From Actinomycetes bacterium (GTDB taxonomy: Bacteria; Actinomycetota; Acidimicrobiia; Acidimicrobiales; Bog-793), in contig JAJZMK010000006.1 in the NCBI GenBank assembly GCA_021798275.1, forward strand, positions 1-63,037: DNA of 63,037 bases, given 5' to 3'. Under the pieces are notes generated by a model. The model ran no database searches. It had not been told where the DNA came from and saw only the letters and a program-made list of their open reading frames with translations. This document shows positions 29,433 through 39,888 of this stretch, one piece after another. How positions within the stretch are numbered: position 1 is the first letter of the stretch; each line of letters starts with the position of its first letter. Made by a program: the position numbers and the translations under genes.

Positions 29433-29792
29433 AGAATGACCCCTGCTCTAGTTGTTTGTCCTTATATTGATGGACGCTATCTTGTTCAATATAAAGGCCA
29501 GCCTAGGCCTCTTTTGCGGCATAAAAAAATCTTTTCCGGGAAATTATGCTCTGTCGTAGATAGATGACAGAGCGGTATGGGTGTGCTTTCAAGGTTCTTG
29601 CTTAGTTCTGATGTTATAAAAAAGTAATTTTGGTATCTATCGGTATCTATAGAAATACTTACGTATGGTCGATGAAAGAGGATCTAATCTCGGAGTTTGT
29701 CATAGCTGACCATGCGACGCTTGCGGGAAAGGTAAGATTCAGTTAGTGAACGATACGGAACAGTCAAAATAAGTACGGGTGAAGGTGGTCAT

Positions 29793-30485
29793 ATGGAAGG
29801 TGACAACGGGGAATCGTCTTTAGCACAAGACAGTCCTTTGGTGGTGATCTTTGTGCGTCACGGTAAAACATCGTCTACCGGAAAAATACTTCCCGGCAGA
29901 AGCAAGGGTTTGCATTTAGATGCGATAGGTAAAAAAAGCGCACATGATTTAGCGTTTCACATCAAAAACAGGTGTCAGATTGCTGCCATCTATTCTTCTC
30001 CTTTGGAAAGAACCCAGGAAACAGCCGCCCCGTCGGCAGAGGCGCTATCTCTGCCAGTGATTTTAGATGACAGGTTATCAGAGTGTGACTTTGGAGATTG
30101 GACCGGTGCGAGGCTGGCAGATCTTCGCAAGCTTCCCGAATGGGACTCATTGATCTCAAGTCCTGATGATTTTCGCTTCCCCGGCGGAGAATCTTTTGTC
30201 GAAACCGAAGAGCGAATACGCTCTTTTACATCCGAGATGGTGAATACTTACAAAGGACAGACTATTTTGGCTTTTACCCACGCCGATCCCATTCGAATCG
30301 CCTTATCTTCAAGTTTTGGTATGGGCGTTAGCATGATGCATAAAATTACAGTGTCTCCAACGTCGATAACAACGGTCTTGTACCAAACTGAAGCGTCTAT
30401 GGTGTTAACGGTGAATTCGCAATTGAATATTCTTGACATGCAGGACTTGGTTATGATAGGTGAGCAGATTGATAAAAATAATTGA
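29793..30485 (+). CDS. Histidine phosphatase, MSMEG_4193-like
   Basis: VRHGKT, SSPLERT.ETA, ECDFGDWTG, FPGGES and HADPI motifs; precedes DUF3090. Confidence 0.85.
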   Translation: MEGDNGESSLAQDSPLVVIFVRHGKTSSTGKILPGRSKGLHLDAIGKKSAHDLAFHIKNRCQIAAIYSSPLERTQETAAPSAEALSLPVILDDRLSECDFGDWTGARLADLRKLPEWDSLISSPDDFRFPGGESFVETEERIRSFTSEMVNTYKGQTILAFTHADPIRIALSSSFGMGVSMMHKITVSPTSITTVLYQTEASMVLTVNSQLNILDMQDLVMIGEQIDKNN

Positions 30486-30503
30486 CAATAAGAGAGTATA
30501 TAA

Positions 30504-31070
30504 ATGACAGCGATGCTTCCGATAGTGCCGGAATGGGTTATTTTTGCTACCACGGGCCCTTTAGGCGAGAGGACATTTTATTTACAGTGCAGCGAAGGCG
30601 CGACCGTATATACCTATAAAATGGAAAAACAGCAGGTAATGGTACTTGCAGGTAGACTAGGTGAACTTTTGAAAGACGCGCCCAGACCCGGTCATCTGCC
30701 GGATGTGGACAATCTCTTCCTGCAGCCGTTTAACGAGGTGAATTTTATCGTAGGGACTATGGCTGTAGCATATGACTCAAATCTCGACAGGGTTGTGTTG
30801 ATCCTCGAAGATATTGAGTCGTCCTTGGATGAATTTGAGGAGTTTGACGAGTATACCAATTTACCGGATGTAGATACCTTGGCGGAGATGATTGACGGCG
30901 CCAGAGCCAGTCAATTGTTGTTAACAAGAGAACAGGCAGCCGCTTTATCGATTGCTGGTATCACCATTTCCAAAGCTGGTAGACCACCCTGTCCCTTGTG
31001 CGGATATCCATTGGATCCCAGGGGTCATGCTTGTCCGAGAACAAACGGTCATAAGCCCCCAAGGCGATAA
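30504..31070 (+). CDS. DUF3090 family protein
   Basis: G..GERTFYLQ, MEKQQV and GRPPCPLCGYPLDP.GHACPRTNGH motifs. Confidence 0.88.
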   Translation: MTAMLPIVPEWVIFATTGPLGERTFYLQCSEGATVYTYKMEKQQVMVLAGRLGELLKDAPRPGHLPDVDNLFLQPFNEVNFIVGTMAVAYDSNLDRVVLILEDIESSLDEFEEFDEYTNLPDVDTLAEMIDGARASQLLLTREQAAALSIAGITISKAGRPPCPLCGYPLDPRGHACPRTNGHKPPRR

Positions 31071-31083
31071 AAATTGCTGTTAT

Positions 31084-31794
31084 ATGGTATCAAATTTTGA
31101 GTTAGACCAGGAAGAGTTCCTAAGGCAGGCAGAAATTTATCCGCTTGGTGCTATTAGGGATAGTTCCAACCTGGCGTTACTTTGTAATCTCGTGAGTGGA
31201 GATCGTGAAGAATTGGCTGTTTATAAGCCGTTGTCAGGGGAAAGACCGCTTAGAGATTTTAGTCCAGGGCTTTATAAACGGGAAGCGGCAACTTATGAGT
31301 TGTCAGTATATCTTAATATGAATTTTGTTCCCATTACTATCGAGCGCGAGGGCCCGTATGGAATCGGTTCGTTACAGAAGTTTATTTTCCACGACCCATC
31401 ACAAAACTATTTTACTCTAACTTCAGATCCAAAATTACTTTTGTATCTGAAGTCTTTGTGTGGCTTCGATCTGTTGATAAATAATGCCGACCGGAAAGCA
31501 AGCCATGTCATGGTCGGTGATGACGGTCACATATATGGCATAGATCATGGTTTATGTTTTCATGAAGAAGATAAGTTGCGGACTGTAATGTGGGATTTTA
31601 TAGGAGAACCTCTCCCTGAAGACGTCATAAATGCTTGCCTGGCACTGGTTGAGTGTCAGCCTGAATTCTTGTGTCGGTACTTGACGGAGGCTGAAGTAAA
31701 AGCGATCGGGGTAAGAGCGGCAAGAATGCTCGAAGAGCCGATTTTCCCCGATGTCCCCGAAGAAAGATTTTTCTATCCTTGGCCTATCATGTAA
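31084..31794 (+). CDS. SCO1664 family PI3/4-kinase-like protein
   Basis: VYKP..GERPL.DF, REAA.Y, FD..INNADRK and IDHGLCFH..DKLRTVMWD motifs. Start moved to ATG 31084. Confidence 0.88.
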   Translation: MVSNFELDQEEFLRQAEIYPLGAIRDSSNLALLCNLVSGDREELAVYKPLSGERPLRDFSPGLYKREAATYELSVYLNMNFVPITIEREGPYGIGSLQKFIFHDPSQNYFTLTSDPKLLLYLKSLCGFDLLINNADRKASHVMVGDDGHIYGIDHGLCFHEEDKLRTVMWDFIGEPLPEDVINACLALVECQPEFLCRYLTEAEVKAIGVRAARMLEEPIFPDVPEERFFYPWPIM

Positions 31795-31848
31795 TAAGGC
31801 CTTCTTTTATGGGTATTATATAATTCATACCTAAGAGGTGGGGTTCAT

Positions 31849-32361
31849 ATGGGTGCAGCAGAGCGTGATTCAGGCAATACGCATTATAAGAAAAAAAGCG
31901 ACGAAGAAAATCCCTTCTGTGCTAACTTTAAAAATCTCAGTCAAAACGTAACAGAAGATAGCTCAGATGCCCAATCAGACGTGGGACATGTAAGTCAGAT
32001 AGAACCGGAGCGATGCGGTTTTGGCGATATCGTCAAGATGCCTTTTGTGATGCTCACCAGGATAGATTTAGGTTTAGAGAAAGTATCTGAAGCATTGTTG
32101 GAGAAAAGCGGCAACTCTATTCTCATCGGCGATGCCGCTAACGCTCTTATTCACGTGCGTGAGGAATTAAAAAGATCTGCCCATAGCGAAGACGGCGGCA
32201 TTATGATCACTCACGACGCCGCTCTCGACCTGACGACAGGCCTTTTAGACTTGGCAGACATCCTGTTTAAGATGTCGTTTGTCGTTGAGGCACTGGCTTT
32301 AGAGGGTATAGAGTCTCACATTTTGGAAATCATGGTAACTCCTTGGTCGAAAAGTAAATAG
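31849..32361 (+). CDS. Hypothetical protein
   Basis: 170-aa ORF with a GAGGTGG SD-like sequence. Confidence 0.65.
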   Translation: MGAAERDSGNTHYKKKSDEENPFCANFKNLSQNVTEDSSDAQSDVGHVSQIEPERCGFGDIVKMPFVMLTRIDLGLEKVSEALLEKSGNSILIGDAANALIHVREELKRSAHSEDGGIMITHDAALDLTTGLLDLADILFKMSFVVEALALEGIESHILEIMVTPWSKSK

Positions 32362-32731
32362 CCTTTTCCCAAGGGTTTGGCCGGGAATACTCTATTGATC
32401 ATCTCCTGCGTTCTTGGTTTATAAATGTTCAGGCAATAATAATGTCAGGATCAATTAAGTGGCTGTAGATATCGGTCGGTGTTTGAATAGCTGCTAAATA
32501 GAGTTTTGCCAATTCTTGAAAAAGGTCGGTTAATTTGAGCTAGTATTAGAACTGTTGTAATATCGCTTCTACCGGGTTTTTCGTCGAAGACTTGTCCGAA
32601 GTATTGCTTGATGATGAAAAAATTGCCGAGTTGTTTTATGAATGGTTGTCCGTAACTGTTGCCACTGTATCTTCACGTAAATGAAATGGTAATCGCAGTA
32701 CAGGCTAAGCAATTTCTGTCATAATAGGAGA

Positions 32732-33055
32732 GTGGAAGTTTTGATGGATGTTCTAAGTGACAAAGAGCAAGAGAGATTCCTTGTTCTGGAGTCATGTCAC
32801 AGTACCTGGTTTTTTGACCCGGTTGAGCAAAAGTTTTGCCGACTGATGAAAGACAGCAAGTCCGTCGCCACTGAATGGCTTCACTATGACAAGCTCGTTG
32901 TTCACGAGGATTCCGATGCATTTGTTGTTTTTCTGGATGCCTCCGGAACAAAGTTGCTTAGATCTTGGCGGCATACCGACCATTGTGAACAGTGTGGTGG
33001 TAATGCAACGGCCGAAATATCACTTGAAGACTTGCGTAAGGTTATGCAGCTGTAA
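32732..33055 (+). CDS. Hypothetical protein with a C-terminal H..CxxC motif
   Basis: 107-aa ORF, AGGAG SD, LLRSWRHTDHCEQCGG. Confidence 0.7.
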   Translation: MEVLMDVLSDKEQERFLVLESCHSTWFFDPVEQKFCRLMKDSKSVATEWLHYDKLVVHEDSDAFVVFLDASGTKLLRSWRHTDHCEQCGGNATAEISLEDLRKVMQL

Positions 33056-33441
33056 AATAACAAATCTTTGGTGTCTACGTAGCCTTTGCGGCCGTTTGGT
33101 AAAGCTACGTTGATCTTTTTGTGATACTGAGATTTGCCATTATGATGCCTACCAATCCATATCTGTTTTGCTAAAGCATTCTTAGAACATGATCAGTAAT
33201 TATATTACTACGGTAGGTCATATCTCTTGGATGAGGCTATTTCCCGAATCTGAGTTGTAGCTTTGCGATCTAGCAGGTGCGATAAAAGCTAATTAGACGG
33301 CTTTGCACCACTAACGGTACGTCGTGGTAGTTGCTTGAAGGTTTGCGTGGGATGTATTTACTTACTTTAGATTCGGAAATTATTTTATAAAACCCCCGTT
33401 TCCTCTTTATTGAAAGACTCGTATTGTATAAGAATATAATC

Positions 33442-33954
33442 ATGGATGAAACCGAAATACCAAAAATAATTGTTGTTGAAGGACAAAGTCAGAGCGAAGA
33501 GAACCAGACACATGTCGCGCAAGCCGATTCCGGCAATATGGAGATTTTGGAATCTATAGAACAGCCGGCTAAAGTCATGCGCATCGGCTCGATGGTAAAA
33601 CAGCTCTTGGAAGAAGTCAAATCAGCACCTCTAGACAAGAAAAGTCGAGAGAGGTTGCGTGATATCTACGACAAGTCCGTTAGTGAACTGGCTGCTTCCC
33701 TTTCTCCGGATTTACAAGCGGAGCTTGACAGACTTGTATCGCCGTTTGAATCGGAAGAACCAAGTGACGCTGAATTGCGTATAGCTCAGGCGCAACTCCT
33801 GGGATGGCTGGAAGGCCTCTTCCACGGCATTCAGGCTGCAGTTTTTGCTCAGCAAGTTGCCGCCAAAGCTCAATTGGAGGAGCTTAGAGCACGCGGTCTT
33901 CCCCAAGCAGGCCATATTGACAGTGCCAATCCTAAATCTGGTATGTACCTGTAA
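33442..33954 (+). CDS. bpa: Bacterial proteasome activator Bpa/PafE (DUF2587)
   Basis: EQPAKVMRIGSMVKQLLEEV, ELRIAQAQLLGWLEGLFHGIQ and C-terminal GMYL (HbYX-like). Confidence 0.93.
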   Translation: MDETEIPKIIVVEGQSQSEENQTHVAQADSGNMEILESIEQPAKVMRIGSMVKQLLEEVKSAPLDKKSRERLRDIYDKSVSELAASLSPDLQAELDRLVSPFESEEPSDAELRIAQAQLLGWLEGLFHGIQAAVFAQQVAAKAQLEELRARGLPQAGHIDSANPKSGMYL

Positions 33955-34158
33955 GTCTTTTTCCTGTATGTGTCTTCAGAAGGCGCATTAGTTAAAGACA
34001 ACGTTTAGGCGTAGATCTTTCAAGCGGTTCCGGTAATAAAAGCCATTGGCTCAAGCACCGGTTGCTTCTGGTTGTATAAGATTTATTTATCTATAGATAA
34101 GTTTTTACCCATCGCCCATCCGGCGGCGGGATCAGCGAAACACGAGAGTTAAGTTATT

Positions 34159-37100
34159 ATGAGTTCAGCTTCTTTTGCCCACCTTCATACGCACACCGAG
34201 TACTCTATGCTGGACGGGGCGGCTCGTGTGGAAGAACTTGTAAAGATGGCTGTAGAGGACAAGCAGCCGGCTATGGCGATTACCGATCATGGCAATATGT
34301 ACGGAGTCCTTGATTTTTATGACACCTGTAAAGCACACGGAATTTCGCCCATTGTCGGGATAGAAGCCTATATGGCAGCTCAGTCACGTTTTGAGAAACC
34401 TGTTAGGCGTGGTAAAATCGATGACACAGGGGGAGACGGAGAAAAAGGAGAAAAACTTTATTACCACCTAACCTTATTGTCAGAAACAACCAAAGGGTAC
34501 AAAAATCTGATCAAGCTCTCCTCCATGGCTTTCTTGGAAGGCTATTACTATAAACCGCGTGTAGATTTTGAATTGCTTGAGAAGTATCACGAAGGATTGA
34601 TAGCCTCAACCGGCTGTTTGGGTGGACTCGTAAACCAGTTTTTGTTGGCCGGGAATCCACTAGAGGCAAAAAAAACTGCAGCAAAATTGCAAGATATTTT
34701 TGGCAGGGACAACCTTTTTGTCGAATTGCAAGATCACGGCTTGCCTGAACAGAAAAGAACCAATCCCGAGTTGGTACAAATTGCTAAAGATATAAGGGCT
34801 CCTTTGATTGCCACCAATGATAGCCATTACTGCAGACGCACTGATGCAATATCTCATGATGCACTACTATGCGTGCAGACTGGGGCGACTATCAGCGATA
34901 CGAATAGGTTCAAGTTTGACGGAGAAGAACACTATTTAAAGTCATCGGCCGAGATGCGTATGTTGTTCGATGACCTACCGGAAGCATGCGATAACACCTT
35001 ATGGATTGCGGAGCGGGCCAATGCGGAAATTGAGCCCGGGCTCCCCACGTTACCTCAGTTCGAAGTTCCCGATGAATTTCAAGGCTCCACTTACGAAGAA
35101 TCAGCCTCTAAATACCTTAGGCACCTGACATACGAAGGAGCCTATGAGCGCTACGGGATAAGTCTCAACGAGGAAGTGAGAAACCGCCTTGATTACGAAC
35201 TGAACGTGATCGGCGAAATGGGTTTCAGCGCCTATTTCTTGGTTGTGGCTGATCTTATCAACTTTGCCAACAGAAAAGGAATCAGAGTCGGTCCCGGTCG
35301 AGGCTCCGCCGCAGGTTGTTGCGTAGCCTATTGCCTGAAAATAGTTAATATAGACCCTATTGCCTATGGGCTCATCTTTGAACGCTTTTTGAACCCCGGT
35401 AGAAAGTCTATGCCCGATATAGATATGGACTTCGACGAACGTTACCGTTCTGAGATGATCGGATATGCTTCCGAACGCTATGGCTGGGACAAAGTAGCCC
35501 AGATAGTTACTTTCTCAACCATAAAAGCCAGGGCAGCCGTGCGTGATGCGGCCAGAGTATTGGGTTATCCTTACGGTCTCGGCGACAAAATAGCCAAAGC
35601 CATGCCTCCCGTAATCATGGGGAGAGACACCCCTCTCAGCGCCTGTCTTGAATTTGATGAAAAATATGAAGACGGATATAAAGCCGCCGGATTATTGAGG
35701 GAAATGTATGAGCAAGAGCCGGATGCCAAGAAAGTCATTGACGTAGCCAGAGGTCTGGAGGGTTTGAGGCGCCAAGATGGAATCCATGCCGCCGCTGTTG
35801 TTATTACCAATGAGCCACTGACGGAGTATCTACCCATACAGAGAAAGCCGGAACCGAACGGGGATGTGAGCAATGCCCCAGTTGTTACTCAGTACGAGAT
35901 GACCGGTGTGGAGCGTCTCGGTCTGTTGAAGATGGATTTTTTGGGCCTTAGGAATCTGTCTGTAATAGACATAGCACTACACCTCATTGAGGAAAGCACG
36001 GGAGAAAAGCCGGATATCGATAAAATAGACCTTGCCGATGAAAAAACTTATGAGATGCTAAGGCGGGGAGATTCCATAGGTGTTTTCCAATTGGAAGGCA
36101 ATGCCATGCGTTCTCTTATGCGTTCTCTGGCCCCCACATGTTTTGATGATGTCGCGGCTCTTGTAGCTCTTTATAGGCCGGGACCGATGGCAGCCAATAT
36201 GCATAAAGATTATGCCGACCGCAAGAACGGACGAAAGCCGGTTGAGTATCTACACGAAGACCTAAAAGAAATTCTCCCCGAGACATACGGTCTAATGATT
36301 TATCAAGAATCCATGATGCGTGTCGCACAGCGCTTTGCGGGCTACTCTTTGGCCGAAGCCGACAATTTGAGGAAAGCGTGTGGGAAGAAAAACAGGGAAT
36401 TAATTGCAAAAGAAAGAGCAAAATTCGTAGCCGGTTGCGATAAAACCGGCTACGGACAAGATCTCGGAACCAAAATATTCGATATTATCGAGCCTTTTGC
36501 GGACTATGCCTTCAATAAATCTCACGCTTACGGCTATGGCCTCGTAGCTTATCAAACCGCTTGGCTTAAGGCCAACTATCCGGTTGAATACCTGTCTGCT
36601 CTTTTGTCATCTGTCAAAGATGACAAAGATAAAATGGCCGTTTATCTGGCTGAATGTCGTAATATGCAGATAGAAGTGCTCGTGCCTGATATCAATACCT
36701 CAACCTCGGAATTTTCCCCTTACATCACTGATTGGGTTGCGGATAAAATTACCGGGAACAAAAAAGAGAATTCCAAGAAAGCCATAGTCTTTGGGCTGAC
36801 TGCCATCAGGAATGTGGGCCAGGCTGTGGTGTCTCAGATCCTTGTCGAGAGAGATAAGAGCGGGCCGTTTAAAGATTTTTATGATTTTTGCCAAAGAGTT
36901 GACCCTTCGGTGTTGAATAAAAGGGCCATAGAATCTTTGGTCAAAGCCGGAGCTTTTGACAGCCTTTCACATACCAGAAAAGGCCTTTTGCTTAGCTACG
37001 AGGATATTGTAGAAAAGTCTTTGCAGCGCAGACGAGAGGAGCAGCAAGGGATCTCCACCCTGTTTTCTCTTTTCGATGATCCCTCTATGCAAGGTGGAAA

Positions 37101-37833
37101 ACAAAGCGACTCTCTCTATAGCGAGAACAAAGTCCAGATACCAGAAGTTGAATTCTCAAAAACAGAAAAGCTTGTTTTTGAGAAAGAGATGCTGGGCTTA
37201 TATGTGAGTGACCACCCTTTGAAGGGTTTTGAGCTTCAGCTGTCGCGATTGACAGATATGAGTATCCGCGAATTAATAGACTCTAATTTGGACTCAGATG
37301 AAGATGGGAATCCAACTCTACAAGAAAATACCAGGTCTAATGGATTTATTACCGTAGGGGGAGTTGTTACAGCCCTTTCAAAACGCTACACCAAAAGAGG
37401 TGAGTTGATGGCTACGTTTACTCTCGAAGATTTGGATGCGTCCGTAGAAGTGTTCGTGTTTCCAAAATCAATGGCCGAATTTGGGACAAAATTGGAAAAT
37501 GATCAGATCGTCCTGGTCAGGGGTCGTGCCGATACCCGTGATGACGCCTTAAAAATTGTGTGTCAGGAAGTCATCAAACCTGAACTCGTTCCCATGGGAC
37601 AGGCTGTGCCTGTAAAGATAAATTTACCGATACATTCCGCTTCGGAGGGAATGGTTCAAAAACTCAAAGATCTCATAGCTGACCATCCCGGGGTTTCTCC
37701 CGTGGTGATTATGCTGGGGGATAAGTCGCTTCAACTCACAGAAGAGTTTTGCGTGGAGCCAAGTAACGGTTTTATGGGGGCAATTAAAGAATTATTGGGT
37801 GCAAATGCCGTTTTGAATGCCGCTTCTTTCTAG
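34159..37833 (+). CDS. dnaE: DNA polymerase III alpha subunit (DnaE1)
   Basis: HLHTHTEYSMLDG, TDHGNMYG, GRGSAAG, MPDIDMDF, LLKMDFLGL and YAFNKSH motifs; no intein seen. Confidence 0.98.
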   Translation: MSSASFAHLHTHTEYSMLDGAARVEELVKMAVEDKQPAMAITDHGNMYGVLDFYDTCKAHGISPIVGIEAYMAAQSRFEKPVRRGKIDDTGGDGEKGEKLYYHLTLLSETTKGYKNLIKLSSMAFLEGYYYKPRVDFELLEKYHEGLIASTGCLGGLVNQFLLAGNPLEAKKTAAKLQDIFGRDNLFVELQDHGLPEQKRTNPELVQIAKDIRAPLIATNDSHYCRRTDAISHDALLCVQTGATISDTNRFKFDGEEHYLKSSAEMRMLFDDLPEACDNTLWIAERANAEIEPGLPTLPQFEVPDEFQGSTYEESASKYLRHLTYEGAYERYGISLNEEVRNRLDYELNVIGEMGFSAYFLVVADLINFANRKGIRVGPGRGSAAGCCVAYCLKIVNIDPIAYGLIFERFLNPGRKSMPDIDMDFDERYRSEMIGYASERYGWDKVAQIVTFSTIKARAAVRDAARVLGYPYGLGDKIAKAMPPVIMGRDTPLSACLEFDEKYEDGYKAAGLLREMYEQEPDAKKVIDVARGLEGLRRQDGIHAAAVVITNEPLTEYLPIQRKPEPNGDVSNAPVVTQYEMTGVERLGLLKMDFLGLRNLSVIDIALHLIEESTGEKPDIDKIDLADEKTYEMLRRGDSIGVFQLEGNAMRSLMRSLAPTCFDDVAALVALYRPGPMAANMHKDYADRKNGRKPVEYLHEDLKEILPETYGLMIYQESMMRVAQRFAGYSLAEADNLRKACGKKNRELIAKERAKFVAGCDKTGYGQDLGTKIFDIIEPFADYAFNKSHAYGYGLVAYQTAWLKANYPVEYLSALLSSVKDDKDKMAVYLAECRNMQIEVLVPDINTSTSEFSPYITDWVADKITGNKKENSKKAIVFGLTAIRNVGQAVVSQILVERDKSGPFKDFYDFCQRVDPSVLNKRAIESLVKAGAFDSLSHTRKGLLLSYEDIVEKSLQRRREEQQGISTLFSLFDDPSMQGGKQSDSLYSENKVQIPEVEFSKTEKLVFEKEMLGLYVSDHPLKGFELQLSRLTDMSIRELIDSNLDSDEDGNPTLQENTRSNGFITVGGVVTALSKRYTKRGELMATFTLEDLDASVEVFVFPKSMAEFGTKLENDQIVLVRGRADTRDDALKIVCQEVIKPELVPMGQAVPVKINLPIHSASEGMVQKLKDLIADHPGVSPVVIMLGDKSLQLTEEFCVEPSNGFMGAIKELLGANAVLNAASF

Positions 37834-38186
37834 ACCCTTTTGTCTCTATACCGTCTGCTTAAAATATCACTTTGAAGATTTAAGGCTAAAGACGCCTCCT
37901 GGTAAAATATTTTGAGATCAAGGAACGTCCCAGACAGTTTTTATCCTTATGTTACAAAACTTTAAATAACCATACTCGCAGGTACGTCCTCATGTAGAGT
38001 AGATATTAGCGGTTGCCACTCCCTTTCTCTATGAGGACGGCAGGCATCGACTATCTGGGTGGTTTACAATTGAGATAGCGGAAATTGAAATTTTATAGCT
38101 TATGGGAGTTGTTAAATTTTTTGAACATCTGCGAAAAAGGTATCAGATTGCCTATAGATAGGCATTGGCGCTGTAAAGGATTCTGA

Positions 38187-38879
38187 ATGATGGAAGTTAT
38201 TACCAAAGATTGCACAGCTCTAGATGATTTAGAACTTGCAGAAATGGCTGACATCTCCGCGTCCGGAGAAGCGCGTTTGGAAGTCGGCTTATTGTCAAAG
38301 CTAAAAGATGAATGGGTTTTAGTTACAAAGATTACGGATACCAACAGGCTTTTGGGGTTCTCGTTTGCCAGTCTGGAGCGTATAGGCGGTACGCCGAGCA
38401 TACTGATAGCTGTAGCCTCTTTCGTTAGAGAGGATGTTGCCAAAGAGGCCATGAAACTTCTGATGAAAGACTTATACAGGCGCGCTCTTCTGGCATTTCC
38501 CGGTGAAGATGTACTGGTCAGTACTAAAATGAGTTCTTACTTCGGATATCAAGCTTATGCAGGCTTACATGACATCTTGCCGATAGAAGGCCATAAACCG
38601 ACCGGGGAGGAGAGGGCCTGGGCCCGCCGTCTGGCCAAGCGCTTTTCCTTGGATTCACAGATAGATGACAGGACGTTTTTGGCCAGAGGTAACGGCTCTC
38701 CTGTGGCTGTTTTCGACTATCAGCCGTTTGGGGAAGAAGAGTTTGATATAGATCAAGATCGTAGTCTTGAAATATGTAAATCTGTCTTTGAACAAGTTGA
38801 CAGAGGTAACTACGACTGCGTGATCCCCCTCGGATGGGCAATGGCTGAGGATCTGGCCAACGGTATGTTGCCGAAGTAA
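38187..38879 (+). CDS. Hypothetical protein (GNAT-like fold possible)
   Basis: 230-aa ORF with protein-like composition. Confidence 0.7.
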   Translation: MMEVITKDCTALDDLELAEMADISASGEARLEVGLLSKLKDEWVLVTKITDTNRLLGFSFASLERIGGTPSILIAVASFVREDVAKEAMKLLMKDLYRRALLAFPGEDVLVSTKMSSYFGYQAYAGLHDILPIEGHKPTGEERAWARRLAKRFSLDSQIDDRTFLARGNGSPVAVFDYQPFGEEEFDIDQDRSLEICKSVFEQVDRGNYDCVIPLGWAMAEDLANGMLPK

Positions 38880-38944
38880 CCGATCAACCCGGTTTTGATG
38901 ACCGCTTATTACTAGGTTCGCGATCTATTGATCGATATCTATTG

Positions 38945-39748
38945 TCAGCCGCGGCGTCTCTTTGGAGCTATGACACTCATGACAACTTTTGGAACGTGTC
39001 CGTTCTGCACTCTGTAGAGGCCTATCAATAAGTGTGTCACCTTGCCCCCAAGTAGCTTGGTAAGTTCTTTCTTAGACAGTACGTATTCGCCCGACTCCGG
39101 CAAGAATTGCCGGTATTTACCGTCTGCCAAGGGGAGTTTTTGTATGGTGCCTCCCCATTCGAAGACACACGTCATGTCGTTGGTCTCAGATAAAATAATT
39201 TCCATCTGAGATTTAGTTATATCTATAAGAGCTACGGAAGGCTCTACGGCTTCCAAATCCATAAAGGCAATTGATGGGCCGAAGTTGCCGAGTATCTTGC
39301 CCGAAGTCGATTTTTTTGTAGCGGTCATTTTCAGCAGCTTTTTAACTTTTCTGTAAGGTAATTGCCCAAGTAGCGATATAGATTCTAAAGTTTCTATAGC
39401 TTCTGGTCTGGAAGGATCAACAGGGTTAGGTTTGGCTGGGTTGTTGAGCTCGAGCAAAGTAAATTTTTTGATATTAAATGTTGAATGGGACTTGCTTTCC
39501 CGGTCGTCGTTTTTTTCTTTTGTCGCAACTTGGGAAACAGGTAGTTTGGAAAGTTGCAGATAACGGGAGTTTCTGACAAATGACCCGGTATCTATGTCGA
39601 CGCCTATCCATTCCGAAGGTGAATAGAATAATGTGGCGCAAGTGATTTGGTTAGCGTATTTTGGCGTGGGGAAGTTCCTACTTTTTTTTGCAGCCGATAA
39701 ACCTTGAGCTAATTCGGTCTGATTATCTTGGGTAATTTCGTATGTCAT
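38945..39748 (-). CDS. Hypothetical protein (possibly dual OB-fold)
   Basis: 267-aa ORF. GVD..TG.FVR and P..RPE segments are reminiscent of dual-OB proteins (weak). Confidence 0.6.
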   Translation of the reverse strand: MTYEITQDNQTELAQGLSAAKKSRNFPTPKYANQITCATLFYSPSEWIGVDIDTGSFVRNSRYLQLSKLPVSQVATKEKNDDRESKSHSTFNIKKFTLLELNNPAKPNPVDPSRPEAIETLESISLLGQLPYRKVKKLLKMTATKKSTSGKILGNFGPSIAFMDLEAVEPSVALIDITKSQMEIILSETNDMTCVFEWGGTIQKLPLADGKYRQFLPESGEYVLSKKELTKLLGGKVTHLLIGLYRVQNGHVPKVVMSVIAPKRRRG

Positions 39749-39888
39749 CTTTATCCGATTGGTCAGAGCTGTATGGACGCATCAAACAACCGTCTGATCC
39801 TAGTATGAGTAAAATCCATTGTAGTAATCGTAACTGCTAACTCTTTTATATTCTTGTCAATAAGGTACATTTCCAACTCTCTGTCGTA

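Noticed and set aside
30952-31083. N-terminal 44 aa of the ORF-track SCO1664 call
   Set aside because: Overlaps the conserved C-terminus of DUF3090. ATG 31084 is a more plausible start.
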